64,000 nt of DNA from positions 32,774 through 96,773 of the IMG/VR virus record IMGVR_UViG_3300030518_000006. One strand, written 5' to 3'. Of this stretch, positions 1 to 10,106 are shown in pieces. Origin of the DNA: a virus. The position numbers and the translations under genes are program-made. The notes below the pieces were generated by a model that was not told the DNA's origin, made no database searches, and saw nothing but the letters and a program-made list of their open reading frames with translations. Position 1 is the stretch's first letter, and each line of letters begins with the position of its first letter.

Positions 1-1122
1 GATGGTCACCAACGACACCGTGGGCGTATTTGCGGCGGTGCTTGTCTCCAGGCCCCACGCAAAGTCGAGAGCGGTCTGAGCGGGGAGTGAAGCGACGGTG
101 ACACCGGCCAGGGCAGTCGTGATGGTCGACAGGCTGGTGCCGTTGGTCGCTATAGCGGAGAGCGTCGTAGTGGTCCATGCCGAGCCGTTCCGGTACTTCC
201 ACGTCGTACGCCCATCGAATGAGACCAGGCCGACCAGGGTCGTGCCAGATGGTGTGGTACTTGTAAAGGTGACCGAGGTAATGCTGGCCGGGCTGAAAGC
301 CGCCAAGGAGAAGCTCGACCCAGTGGAGGTCGTGGCGTAGTACATTGTCCCGGTCGGGTAGGTATAGGTACCAGGCCCCAGGATCTGCACTTGATTCAGC
401 TCTACGTGATACGCACTCCCTCCTACCGAATTGGTGAAGGCTATCTGGTAGTATCGATAGGGGGTCGAGTTAGAAAACGTGTAGCCGGATGCTGAGGCAT
501 TTGTTGGGTTCTGTCCAGTGCGAGAGTCGAGCGTCGTCCACGGCCCAGTCAGGCCGATGTTCGAGCCGCTCACCGTCCAGGCTGATGGAGCGTTATTAGC
601 TTGCTGGTAAGCGCCCACGAGGTAACCCGTGGCCACTATTGCTGAGCCAATATCTATGGCCGCAGTACCGGTGTTATATGTCGCAAATTCCATTTGTGAG
701 GTGGTATAGAGGTTGGTCGTGCACCAGGTCTGGTATGCATTGAATCCCGACTGGATGAATGTTCCAGCCGCCGCGTAGGGGCTCGGTGCGGAGTTGGACG
801 TCATGGACACTGTGGGGTAATAAGTGCCGGCGCTGAGCGTAGCGAATAGGCTGAGCGCATTCAGATTCGGGGTGACGTTGATCTGCGTCCCCGAAGCAGA
901 ATTCTGCTGCACATAATTGCTGGCGCTGGAGAAGTTATCACTCGTGCTGGTATAGGTCGACGCGGTGACCTGCTTGCTCACTGCCAGGGCGTATTCGTTA
1001 TTTGTGATCGCGGGATGCGTGACTACTACCGAATCGCCAACGGTTCCATAAGCGGACAGTGTGACCGGATTGGTGCTGGTCTGAGTGATCGAGAGTGTTT
1101 GTGCAATGGGATTGAAGCTCAT
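1..1122 (-). CDS. Spike/receptor-binding protein paralogue 1 (3' end runs off the window), discoidin/F5-8C-like domain
   Basis: ATG at 1122 reads MSFNPIAQTLSITQTSTNPVTL..., homologous to the N-termini of the next two genes; 42-921 appears identical to 1324-2203; missing from the ORF track because it has no stop in the window. Confidence 0.75.
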   Translation of the reverse strand, partial: MSFNPIAQTLSITQTSTNPVTLSAYGTVGDSVVVTHPAITNNEYALAVSKQVTASTYTSTSDNFSSASNYVQQNSASGTQINVTPNLNALSLFATLSAGTYYPTVSMTSNSAPSPYAAAGTFIQSGFNAYQTWCTTNLYTTSQMEFATYNTGTAAIDIGSAIVATGYLVGAYQQANNAPSAWTVSGSNIGLTGPWTTLDSRTGQNPTNASASGYTFSNSTPYRYYQIAFTNSVGGSAYHVELNQVQILGPGTYTYPTGTMYYATTSTGSSFSLAAFSPASITSVTFTSTTPSGTTLVGLVSFDGRTTWKYRNGSAWTTTTLSAIATNGTSLSTITTALAGVTVASLPAQTALDFAWGLETSTAANTPTVSLVTI

Positions 1123-2203
1123 ATCAAGGCACCTGGAGGGCGGCTTGAATCTGGAGCGCCGCCGGGGTATTGTTGACGAGGACCGTGGTGGTGCTGCTCG
1201 CTCGCAACATGCCGATATCCTGGGTCGCCACTCCCAGTTTGCCCACTGAGGCAGACTGGTACGCGGCAGGAAGTGCGATCACGATGGTGACCAGGAATAC
1301 CGCTGGTGTAGCTGACGCACTGGTTGTCTCCAGGCCCCACGCAAAGTCGAGAGCGGTCTGAGCGGGGAGTGAAGCGACGGTGACACCGGCCAGGGCAGTC
1401 GTGATGGTCGACAGGCTGGTGCCGTTGGTCGCTATAGCGGAGAGCGTCGTAGTGGTCCATGCCGAGCCGTTCCGGTACTTCCACGTCGTACGCCCATCGA
1501 ATGAGACCAGGCCGACCAGGGTCGTGCCAGATGGTGTGGTACTTGTAAAGGTGACCGAGGTAATGCTGGCCGGGCTGAAAGCCGCCAAGGAGAAGCTCGA
1601 CCCAGTGGAGGTCGTGGCGTAGTACATTGTCCCGGTCGGGTAGGTATAGGTACCAGGCCCCAGGATCTGCACTTGATTCAGCTCTACGTGATACGCACTC
1701 CCTCCTACCGAATTGGTGAAGGCTATCTGGTAGTATCGATAGGGGGTCGAGTTAGAAAACGTGTAGCCGGATGCTGAGGCATTTGTTGGGTTCTGTCCAG
1801 TGCGAGAGTCGAGCGTCGTCCACGGCCCAGTCAGGCCGATGTTCGAGCCGCTCACCGTCCAGGCTGATGGAGCGTTATTAGCTTGCTGGTAAGCGCCCAC
1901 GAGGTAACCCGTGGCCACTATTGCTGAGCCAATATCTATGGCCGCAGTACCGGTGTTATATGTCGCAAATTCCATTTGTGAGGTGGTATAGAGGTTGGTC
2001 GTGCACCAGGTCTGGTATGCATTGAATCCCGACTGGATGAATGTTCCAGCCGCCGCGTAGGGGCTCGGTGCGGAGTTGGACGTCATGGACACTGTGGGGT
2101 AATAAGTGCCGGCGCTGAGCGTAGCGAATAGGCTGAGCGCATTCAGATTCGGGGTGACGTTGATCTGCGTCCCCGAAGCAGAATTCTGCTGCACATAATT
2201 GCT
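42..2203. repeat. ~880-bp direct repeat (42-921 = 1324-2203)
   Basis: Sequences match by eye at offset 1282; the ORF track gives the same 80-aa shadow ORF at 98-340 and 1380-1622. Confidence 0.9.
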
Positions 2204-2404
2204 CGCGCTCGAGAAATTGATGCCAGTATTGGTATACGACTGCCCTGAGACGTACTTCGATACCGTCAGCGCCAGTTCGTTGTTGGTCACGGCTGGATGA
2301 GTGATCGTGACTGAGCTTCCATTGCCGCCGCCGCCCGCGAGGGTAATCGGATTCGTGCTCGTCTGGGTGACCGACAGTGTTTGCGCAAGGGGGGAGTAGG
2401 ACAT
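1124..2404 (-). CDS. Spike/receptor-binding protein paralogue 2, discoidin/F5-8C-like domain
   Basis: 426 aa, Ser/Thr/Ala rich; APSAWTVSGSN..WTTLD..TPYRYYQIAFT is discoidin-like. Confidence 0.7.
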   Translation of the reverse strand: MSYSPLAQTLSVTQTSTNPITLAGGGGNGSSVTITHPAVTNNELALTVSKYVSGQSYTNTGINFSSASNYVQQNSASGTQINVTPNLNALSLFATLSAGTYYPTVSMTSNSAPSPYAAAGTFIQSGFNAYQTWCTTNLYTTSQMEFATYNTGTAAIDIGSAIVATGYLVGAYQQANNAPSAWTVSGSNIGLTGPWTTLDSRTGQNPTNASASGYTFSNSTPYRYYQIAFTNSVGGSAYHVELNQVQILGPGTYTYPTGTMYYATTSTGSSFSLAAFSPASITSVTFTSTTPSGTTLVGLVSFDGRTTWKYRNGSAWTTTTLSAIATNGTSLSTITTALAGVTVASLPAQTALDFAWGLETTSASATPAVFLVTIVIALPAAYQSASVGKLGVATQDIGMLRASSTTTVLVNNTPAALQIQAALQVP

Positions 2405-2405
2405 C

Positions 2406-3683
2406 TTAGACCACCTGCAGAGCAGCTTGGATGGTCAGGGCGGCATTCGTATTATTGAAAAGCGCTGTCGTCGTGGCCGTGAGCCGCACCATGCCAATAT
2501 CCTGGGTGCTCCCCAAACCACCGGTGAGCGCCGCTTGATACCCGGAAGGGATGCTGATGACAACAGTCACCAGCGAGACCGACGGGGTGTTCGCGGCTGT
2601 TGTTGTCTCCAAGCCCCACGCAAAGTCTAAGCCCGTCTGCGCCGGCAAGGAGTTGATGGTCGCTCCTGCGAGTGCTGAGCTGATGGTTGCCAGGCTGGTC
2701 CCCTGAGCAGCTATAGCGGAAAGCGTTGTGGTGGTCCATGCCGAGCCATTCCAGTATTTCCAGGTCGTCTGATTATCGAATGAGACCAGACCGACCAAGG
2801 TCGTGCCGGATGGGGTGGCGCTAGTGAACGTAACAGAGGTGATGGTTCCGCCCGCATACCCGGCAAGGCCCACGTTCGACCCGGCTGAGGTCGTCGCATA
2901 ATACATGGTGCCCGTCGGATAGGTCCATGAGCCGGGGCCCAGGATCTGCACCTGATTCAGTGCTGCGACGTATGCTGAGCCGCCCACCGTATTAGTAAAA
3001 GCGAATTGATAGTAACGATAAGCAGTGGTGTTGGAGAAGGTATATGTGGACGCCGATGAACTTGTGGGATTTTGAGCGGTGCGGGTATCGAGAGTTGTCC
3101 AAGGCCCAGAAAGGCTCGTGTTAGAGCCACTAAGCGTCCAGGCAGCCGGGGCATTATTTCCCTGCTGGTAGGCGCCGACGAGATATCCAGTGGACAGGAA
3201 TGCCACTCCCATATCGATGGCAACTGTTCCCGTATTATAAGTAGAAAATTCGCACTGCGATGAGGTATAGAGGTTCGTCGTCTGCCACGCGGAGTAGGGT
3301 AGAAAAGCGTTGTTAAGATTCGTGCCGGCTGCCACATAGGGTACCGGGGCTGTGTTTGTGGTCATCGATACGGTGGGGTAGTATGTGGTCCCTCCCGAGG
3401 TCGCAAACAGGGTTAGCGCGTTTAGACTCGGGAGGGCGTTGATCTGCGTCCCCGAAGCAGAATTCTGCTGTACATAGTTGCTGGCACTTGAAAAATTATC
3501 TCCCGTATTCGTATAGGTTGCTCCGGACACGCTCTCATAGACAGCCAGCAGGTACTCGTTATTCGCAATGCTCGGATGAGTGATGACCACCGAATCCCCA
3601 ATAGTCCCCTGCGCCGCCAACGTGACCGGGTTGGTCGACGTCTGGGTGATCGACAGGGTCTGGGTGGTCGGATTATAGCTCAC
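2406..3683 (-). CDS. Spike/receptor-binding protein paralogue 3
   Basis: Colinear homologue of 1124-2404; likely GTG start at 3683 overlapping the upstream TGA. Confidence 0.7.
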   Translation of the reverse strand: MSYNPTTQTLSITQTSTNPVTLAAQGTIGDSVVITHPSIANNEYLLAVYESVSGATYTNTGDNFSSASNYVQQNSASGTQINALPSLNALTLFATSGGTTYYPTVSMTTNTAPVPYVAAGTNLNNAFLPYSAWQTTNLYTSSQCEFSTYNTGTVAIDMGVAFLSTGYLVGAYQQGNNAPAAWTLSGSNTSLSGPWTTLDTRTAQNPTSSSASTYTFSNTTAYRYYQFAFTNTVGGSAYVAALNQVQILGPGSWTYPTGTMYYATTSAGSNVGLAGYAGGTITSVTFTSATPSGTTLVGLVSFDNQTTWKYWNGSAWTTTTLSAIAAQGTSLATISSALAGATINSLPAQTGLDFAWGLETTTAANTPSVSLVTVVISIPSGYQAALTGGLGSTQDIGMVRLTATTTALFNNTNAALTIQAALQVV

Positions 3684-6600
3684 AGGACACGCCACTCCGT
3701 GCCATCGTACTGCATGGTGTAGTTCACATTGACGGTCGAGACCACGATCGTGCTGCTGCCGTCGATCGTCCCCGCGCTCGGCGCGATGGTGAGATTATAC
3801 GTCCCGCTGCCGATCATCTTCACATTCACGATCAGGCCGGTCGGCGGGGAGGCCATGAGGGTGATCTGGAAGGCGCTCGAGCTGGTATCTCCCATGATCG
3901 TATAATCAGAGGCCAGCATCGTATAGTTGGAGGTCTTGGTGGAGATCGGGTACGCGACGGCACAGGCAAAAGTCGCATAGAGCGCTTGATTGATCGTGAA
4001 GAGCGTCGTGAGGGCATTCGGCGTCGAGCTGCTCGTGGTCGCCGACGCCACCCGGAAGATGATATTACCGCCGACTCCGGTCCCTGTGCCGATGCCGCCG
4101 GCGATCGTGAAGCTGGCGCCAGCGATGTTGGCTCCTGAGCCGCCTGTGGCGTTATAGATGATTGCCTGCGGGGCAGCATTGGTCTCGCCATTGCCGATGA
4201 AGACATTGCCGATGGCGGCGGAATTGCCGCCTGCGACGAAGCGGTTGCTCGCACCCACGGCGGTCGAGTCCCCAGAGCCATAGCCCAGAAATATGTTGTA
4301 GGTGCCGGTGGTGGTCTGGTTTCCCGAATCATAACCGATAGCGGTATTGCCAATGCCAGTCATATTGTAGCCTGACCCCAATCCGATCAGGGTGTTATCC
4401 CCGCTCGTGGTCAGGGAGAACCCCGCTTGGAACCCAATACACACATTGCCGGCAGATGACGTCGCCGTGGGTGCGACTTGAGAACCAACGAAGACGTTAT
4501 CCGCTCCGGACGATGCATGCCCCGAGTTATATCCGACAATGGTATTGTCACTCGTGCCGACGATACCTGCACCCGCCAGGTTACCCACCAAGGTGTTATG
4601 GTTGCCCGTTACGGAGGCGCTGCCCGCCCCGGAGCCGAAGAATTCATTGGTAGCCACACCGGAGATGTTCGAGTGCAGGCCGGTAGTCGCTGAGAAGGTG
4701 AATAGCGTACTGCCAGTGACGGTTGAGGTCCCGTTCCAATAGGTGACTTCACCTGATGTGCCAGAGCCAGTGACGCCGCCGCCCGCCCCGAAAGGACCAA
4801 CCGTGGCGCCATTCACGCGCGCATACATGCCTGCACTGGTGATCCAGACGTCGCCATTGACGGGCGTAGTCGGGGCCGACCCTTGCCCGATGTTCAAGCC
4901 GGCCAAGGTCGTGGTGGAGGCGGGGGTCAGGACTTCATAGCTGAAGGTGACTGACGGGACGGACGGGGTGGCGGTCATCCAGGTCGTATAGGTACCCGAC
5001 ACCGATGCCCAGAAGTGAAAACTACCATCGTCGGCCCCGCCATTAGCAGGGGTACCGAAACCGAAGGTGTTGCCCGCCGTGTTCGACCACCGCTGGAAAT
5101 TCTGGTTATAGACGTCGGAGGACTGCCATGCCCATGCGTAGCCTGCCAGGGGGGAAATGACGGTGAAGAATGAGTCGAGCGCGCTGCCGTTTCCCCAGCT
5201 CAAGGCGAGGGGGAAGACGATCGTGTTCGCGATCGTGGCTGATGCGACCGCGAGAGGGGCGCCAGACGGGTAGCTGCCTGAGCAGCTGCCGCTGATGTTG
5301 CCGCCACCTCCGGAGAGTGACGCATACGCGCCACCATTCACCGATGCGTAGAAACCCTGGAGCGTATCATCGTAATAAATGGTCCCGCTGTTGCTCGGCG
5401 ACAGGGCAGGTGCGCTCGTTGTCGCGATGCCGGTCCAGGTGGTCCCGCCATCGCCCCCCACCGTCCAACGCGTGGTCAAGGTATTGGGGGTGCTGCTCGA
5501 CGTCCCGACCGGTGCGGTCTTGATGATCACCGCACCGCCCGCTCCCGTGCCCGTGCCAATGCCGCCGGCGATGGTATAGCTGGCGCCGGCAACGTTGGCG
5601 CCCGAGCCACCCGTCGCATTGTAGACCACCGCTTGCGGACTCGCGGCGGTCTCGCCATTGCCGATGAATACGGTTGATATGGGGGCGCTCAACGAACCGG
5701 CCACAAGGCGATTGCTCGCTCCTGCTGCGGTGCTGTCACCTGAGAGCGCGCCGAGGAAGATGTTGTAGGATCCGGTCGTGTTCGACTCGCCGGCATCGTA
5801 CCCCATTCCAACCAGGTATTGGCCCGTGGTTGTGGCCGTCAGTGCGCCGGCGCCGAAAGCGGCATTGTAGGAACCCGAGGAGCCGCCACCGGTCGCTCCC
5901 TCCAGTGCACTCAGGCCTACGGCCACGTTCTGCGACCCGGCGTTGTAGTAGCCCGCCGAAGATCCGATGAAGGTGTTCGGGCCCCCGGCATAGGCACCCC
6001 CCGCATGGTAACCGACGAGCGTGCTGCCGCTCGTACCCGTGATGGCGGCACCCGCGCTCACGCCGATCATCACATTGCTTCCGCCCGAGGTCAGGGCCGC
6101 CCCAGGACCATTGCCCAGCAGCGTGTTGTTCGCCCCGGTCATGGTGGTGTTGCCGGCATTGGCGCCCCATGTCTCCGTGGCCGTGGTGTTGGGTTGGTTG
6201 CAGGTCACCCCTGCACCGGTCGTATACCGGAGCGTGCTGCTGCCGGTAACGGTCTCAGTGCCATTCCAATAGACCAGCTCACCGGAAGTTCCCGATCCGG
6301 TGATGACACTGGATGGGAGATCAGCGGCCACCAGAGCTCGGAAGGTGGGCGCTGCAGCGGCTCCGGTCGTCGGGCCAGCCCATACGTAGTTGGCCGTCTG
6401 GGTCGCCAGGGTACCAGTCAAGGTACCGGACGCAGTGACGGGCGACCCGGTGACGGTGAATATGGCGGGGAGGGCAAGACCAACACTGGTCACCCCGCCC
6501 CCTCCCGTACCAAAAGGCCCGACCGTCCCGCCATTCACTTGGGCATACATGCCTGCGCTGGTGATCCAGATGTCACCGTTGTTGGGTGATGTCGGAGTCG

Positions 6601-6895
6601 ACCCTTGCCCGATGTTCAAGCCGGCCGCGGTGGTCGTCGATGCCGGGGTGCCGACGGGCACTTGGGCCGTGATCACCGACGCCCCGACGCTGAGCACCTC
6701 CGTCCCATTGACCACCACGCCGATCTTGGATGACGTGGTCGCCTGGGTCGCATAGAAGCCGATGCGATTCGATGCGGTGGCAGCGGTGACATCCCCGTTC
6801 CCGTCCGCGATTGGGAAGGCGAAGGCCAGGGCCGCGGCACTGCCGAGGATCTGGAGACGAGCGCCGAGCTTCAGGAGGAGGGATTGGGCGGCCAT
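3680..6895 (-). CDS. Fibre/spike protein with Gly-rich beta-solenoid repeats and internal duplication
   Basis: 1071 aa; N-x-x-(I/V/L)-G-x-x-A-G repeats; block TPASTTT.AGLNIGQGS.PT.P.NGD.WITSAGMYA.VNG.TVGPFG occurs twice. Confidence 0.75.
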   Translation of the reverse strand: MAAQSLLLKLGARLQILGSAAALAFAFPIADGNGDVTAATASNRIGFYATQATTSSKIGVVVNGTEVLSVGASVITAQVPVGTPASTTTAAGLNIGQGSTPTSPNNGDIWITSAGMYAQVNGGTVGPFGTGGGGVTSVGLALPAIFTVTGSPVTASGTLTGTLATQTANYVWAGPTTGAAAAPTFRALVAADLPSSVITGSGTSGELVYWNGTETVTGSSTLRYTTGAGVTCNQPNTTATETWGANAGNTTMTGANNTLLGNGPGAALTSGGSNVMIGVSAGAAITGTSGSTLVGYHAGGAYAGGPNTFIGSSAGYYNAGSQNVAVGLSALEGATGGGSSGSYNAAFGAGALTATTTGQYLVGMGYDAGESNTTGSYNIFLGALSGDSTAAGASNRLVAGSLSAPISTVFIGNGETAASPQAVVYNATGGSGANVAGASYTIAGGIGTGTGAGGAVIIKTAPVGTSSSTPNTLTTRWTVGGDGGTTWTGIATTSAPALSPSNSGTIYYDDTLQGFYASVNGGAYASLSGGGGNISGSCSGSYPSGAPLAVASATIANTIVFPLALSWGNGSALDSFFTVISPLAGYAWAWQSSDVYNQNFQRWSNTAGNTFGFGTPANGGADDGSFHFWASVSGTYTTWMTATPSVPSVTFSYEVLTPASTTTLAGLNIGQGSAPTTPVNGDVWITSAGMYARVNGATVGPFGAGGGVTGSGTSGEVTYWNGTSTVTGSTLFTFSATTGLHSNISGVATNEFFGSGAGSASVTGNHNTLVGNLAGAGIVGTSDNTIVGYNSGHASSGADNVFVGSQVAPTATSSAGNVCIGFQAGFSLTTSGDNTLIGLGSGYNMTGIGNTAIGYDSGNQTTTGTYNIFLGYGSGDSTAVGASNRFVAGGNSAAIGNVFIGNGETNAAPQAIIYNATGGSGANIAGASFTIAGGIGTGTGVGGNIIFRVASATTSSSTPNALTTLFTINQALYATFACAVAYPISTKTSNYTMLASDYTIMGDTSSSAFQITLMASPPTGLIVNVKMIGSGTYNLTIAPSAGTIDGSSTIVVSTVNVNYTMQYDGTEWRVL

Positions 6896-6935
6896 GGGAA
6901 GTCCAGGGGTTGGAGGTGCTCAGGTCAGGACGCGG

Positions 6936-7412
6936 CTATTCCGCGTCGTCGTCCTCAGAGCCGAGGTCGAAGCCCTCGATCAGGCTGGAGGTGTGCTCGT
7001 CGTTGTTCGGCAGGAGGCCCCAGGCAATGCGATTCTTGAAGGCGAGCTTGAGTCCCTTCTGAGCCAGGTCGCGCTGCTTGACGGTCAACTCGATGACGAC
7101 TGTCCCGGTCTTCCAGGCGTTCCACGCTTCATCCCACGCGATCTTGCGCTTGGCTTCGTCGATGTCGCCCTGCTTGTACAGTTCCGCCTTCTCGAAATCG
7201 TAGGCGTCTGTGCGCGCCGGATTCTGCTGCTTGAGCAGCTTGCGGAGCTTGCATCCCTTCTGGGAGTCATGAGCGTCCGGGAAGACCTTCTCACTCTGGA
7301 CCACCCCTTCGAGCAGGTAGGCGCCACCACGCGTGAGCATGATGCGGAGCTTGGGCTTGGGGGAGGGATTGTCCGCGCTGGGCGCGGGCATGGCTGCGGC
7401 GGCGGTACTCAT
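6936..7412 (-). CDS. Hypothetical protein
   Basis: 158 aa ORF in operon orientation, protein-like composition. Confidence 0.6.
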   Translation of the reverse strand: MSTAAAAMPAPSADNPSPKPKLRIMLTRGGAYLLEGVVQSEKVFPDAHDSQKGCKLRKLLKQQNPARTDAYDFEKAELYKQGDIDEAKRKIAWDEAWNAWKTGTVVIELTVKQRDLAQKGLKLAFKNRIAWGLLPNNDEHTSSLIEGFDLGSEDDDAE

Positions 7413-7462
7413 CGGATTCTATTCCTCGCGATGGGTGGGGATGATCGGGCGGAATGCGTCGA

Positions 7463-8287
7463 TCAGAAGACTCGGCTGCGGATCTTGGCCGACCAGCCGG
7501 TGGTAGCCGGGGTGCAGACCAGGTTGATCGCGCCGCCGGCGATGGTGATAGTCAGAGGGCAGTCGAAGGTGCCGCCGGACGGGGGCCCGAGCACGATCCC
7601 GTATTCGCTCCAGACCGGAGTGGTTCCGTCGTTGACGTTAGCACGTAGGCTCGTGCTATAGCGGGTAGACCCCTTGATGAGCTCGATCTCCCAGAGCACA
7701 TCGGTATAGGTCGCGGTGGCAGCGCTATCGATGACGGTGGCTGCGGCCGGGATCGAGGCGACGGTGAGCGTGCCACTGGTGCGCGGGCCGACGAACGGAT
7801 TGGGGTATGTTCCCGACAGATCGCCGCCGGCAGGCCCTGTGGGAGATCCGCCTCCGCCTCCGCCCGTCTCGCCGATCCAGTTCGCTTCACCATCGGACAA
7901 GACGATGTTGTAGAAGACGAGGAGGACCCACGGCATGTTGCGTCGGGACAGGTCCCCGTACTGCTGCACCATGATCGGGGAAAAGAAATAGCTCGGGTTG
8001 GCTGAGAAGAAGACCTGGGCGTTAGCGATGGCTTCAATGATGGTGCGGCCAGTGAAGGCCTCCGCCTTATATGGGTTGGCCATCGTGGTGGTCGACCCGG
8101 TCGTCAATGTCATGCCAGCGTTGAAGTTCAGGCCGGTGCGCGGGTTGTCATTCGCGCAGAAGACCGGGCCCTGCACGATGTCGCTCAGGTAGGGCGCCAG
8201 CGCCGCATTCAGCTGGGTGATCAGGCCGGATTGGACCGGGGTGTCCTGGATCGTATCCGCTTGCACTGAGAGGGAGATAGTACCCAC
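7463..8287 (-). CDS. Putative virion structural protein
   Basis: 274 aa; GPAGGDLSGTYPNP motif seen in phage fibre-type proteins, beta-rich C-terminus. Confidence 0.55.
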   Translation of the reverse strand: MGTISLSVQADTIQDTPVQSGLITQLNAALAPYLSDIVQGPVFCANDNPRTGLNFNAGMTLTTGSTTTMANPYKAEAFTGRTIIEAIANAQVFFSANPSYFFSPIMVQQYGDLSRRNMPWVLLVFYNIVLSDGEANWIGETGGGGGGSPTGPAGGDLSGTYPNPFVGPRTSGTLTVASIPAAATVIDSAATATYTDVLWEIELIKGSTRYSTSLRANVNDGTTPVWSEYGIVLGPPSGGTFDCPLTITIAGGAINLVCTPATTGWSAKIRSRVF

Positions 8288-8318
8288 GGGGTGTATCCTG
8301 CAAAGAAAAGAGGGGCAA

Positions 8319-10103
8319 TCAAGGAGCGTTTGCGCTTACGTAGGGTGTTCGTTCGATCGCGTCACGCAGTTGGGCGCTGACCATCTCGTAGGAGAATTGC
8401 CGAAGCGCCGCGCGGCGGGTGCAGTTGAGCGGACTCGCGATCAAGGTGTCGCGGATCTTATCGGCGACACGGTTGATTGGGGCCAGATCGTTCGGTTTGC
8501 GCAGAGAGCCGAAGGGGAAGGCAAGGCTCCGCTCGGGGCAGATGTAGCGCTCGGTGGTATGCAGAGACGAGTTCGCCACCAGGAGGCAGCCGGAGATCGC
8601 CGCTTCTGCCATCACCAGGGAGCACGCCTCGCTCTGGGTGGGAAACACGAAGAGATTCGAGACCGAGAAGAGGTCCCTGATGGTGGCCTGGGTGACCCCG
8701 ACGCCGGCGGACTCCGGGAAGATCTCGCTGGTGATCGCCAGGTGATCGCCAGGCATCCCCGCAGCGATGGCCCGGTCCCGGCAAGCGGTCAAGGCGGCGC
8801 GCTCGGCATCCCCATTGGCATGGGCCGTGGCGAGTACCAGGCGGCAGGATAGGCCGAGCTTGGTCAGATGCCCGAAGACATCGATGATCTTGTCGACGCC
8901 CTTGAATCCGAGACGGGTCGCGGAGACAGGATAGATCTGGACCACGTCGGCGAGATGGAGGCCGTAGGCCCGGATAATGTGCGCGGCGCGCTCGTCGAAG
9001 GTGCCGAAGGTTGTCACGTCGCGAGCGTTGGGGCAGACCAGGACGTTGGAGGGATCGGTGTCGTAGTAGGCCGCCAGATAGGGCCGGTCGGCGTCGTTCA
9101 GGCAGAGCAGGCGATGCCCGTAGGGCAGCGTGGTGCGGTTACGTACCGCGTCTCCACCGGTCGGACGCACGGTCGCCGCGGCACTATGGCAGCAGTGCAG
9201 CCAGCCGAAGCCGGGGAGCTTGGAGAGCTGCCAGATGGCAGCGGTAAGCGTGGCATAGGAGGCCTGGAACAACAGGTCGTGGGTGATCACCGTGGCATTG
9301 CCGAGCTTGATCAGATTCTGCCGGATCACGCTGACCAGTTGATCGACTACCACAGGATCGATGCGATCATCGCGCCAGATGACAGCGGGGATGATGGGAA
9401 GGATCTCGACATTCGGCGGAAATGCAGGGGCCTTGGCGATATTCGTGCCCAGGTGCACCCAGATCTGCACGAGCACAGCCGGATTGCTCGCGAGCATCCG
9501 CGCCTGGTCGGTGATGGCGGTGGAGAGGCTGTAGGAGGGATCGAAGTTGGCCAGGCTGGTCATCAAGACGATGCGCCGACGGTAGCTGAGCGTGGCGCCT
9601 TGCTTGATGAGGAGATTGGCTTTCTTCTCTTCGCATGTCGTGCAGGGTACATCCTCGGGCGTCCCGGCTGCCCCGGCCGTGGGAGCGGGAGTACTGGAGT
9701 CGACAGTGGTCGGTATAACAGGCTTGAAATCGCTCGCTTTGCGCAGCGCTACCGGAGCAGGCGCCGGAGCAGCCACGGGAGGGACACTGAGCAGCTTGGA
9801 CAGTGCCGGGGCTCCATACATGTAGAGCCACAATACCGCCCGAACCGGAACATAAGCCGCGGCAGTGGTGAGGAACGCCGCGACGACGGGACCACCGACA
9901 AACAGATCGAGGCAGATGAGGAGGAGGCAGATCCACCAGATATTGCAGGTGTGGCAGAGCACCGGGTTGAGGAAGATCCGGCTCGTCGTCGTTTTTTGGA
10001 GGCGCGGCAGCAGCCAGGTGCGCAGCGGCGTGAAGATCGCCTCGAAATTCCAGATCCGGTGGACACCGGCACAGGCAAGGAAGAGGACGATGAGGTCATG
10101 CAT
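8319..10103 (-). CDS. GT-B glycosyltransferase (GT4-like) with N-terminal membrane domain (DUF1360-like)
   Basis: C-terminal LFVFPTQSEACSLVMAEAAISG matches the E-x7-E region of GT4; hydrophobic N-terminus with C-x-x-C-x-x-x-W. Confidence 0.8.
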   Translation of the reverse strand: MHDLIVLFLACAGVHRIWNFEAIFTPLRTWLLPRLQKTTTSRIFLNPVLCHTCNIWWICLLLICLDLFVGGPVVAAFLTTAAAYVPVRAVLWLYMYGAPALSKLLSVPPVAAPAPAPVALRKASDFKPVIPTTVDSSTPAPTAGAAGTPEDVPCTTCEEKKANLLIKQGATLSYRRRIVLMTSLANFDPSYSLSTAITDQARMLASNPAVLVQIWVHLGTNIAKAPAFPPNVEILPIIPAVIWRDDRIDPVVVDQLVSVIRQNLIKLGNATVITHDLLFQASYATLTAAIWQLSKLPGFGWLHCCHSAAATVRPTGGDAVRNRTTLPYGHRLLCLNDADRPYLAAYYDTDPSNVLVCPNARDVTTFGTFDERAAHIIRAYGLHLADVVQIYPVSATRLGFKGVDKIIDVFGHLTKLGLSCRLVLATAHANGDAERAALTACRDRAIAAGMPGDHLAITSEIFPESAGVGVTQATIRDLFSVSNLFVFPTQSEACSLVMAEAAISGCLLVANSSLHTTERYICPERSLAFPFGSLRKPNDLAPINRVADKIRDTLIASPLNCTRRAALRQFSYEMVSAQLRDAIERTPYVSANAP

Positions 10104-10106
10104 GGG

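Noticed and set aside
42-2203. Diversity-generating retroelement TR/VR pair
   Set aside because: The copies look identical rather than differing at adenines, both are coding, and no reverse transcriptase is visible in the window
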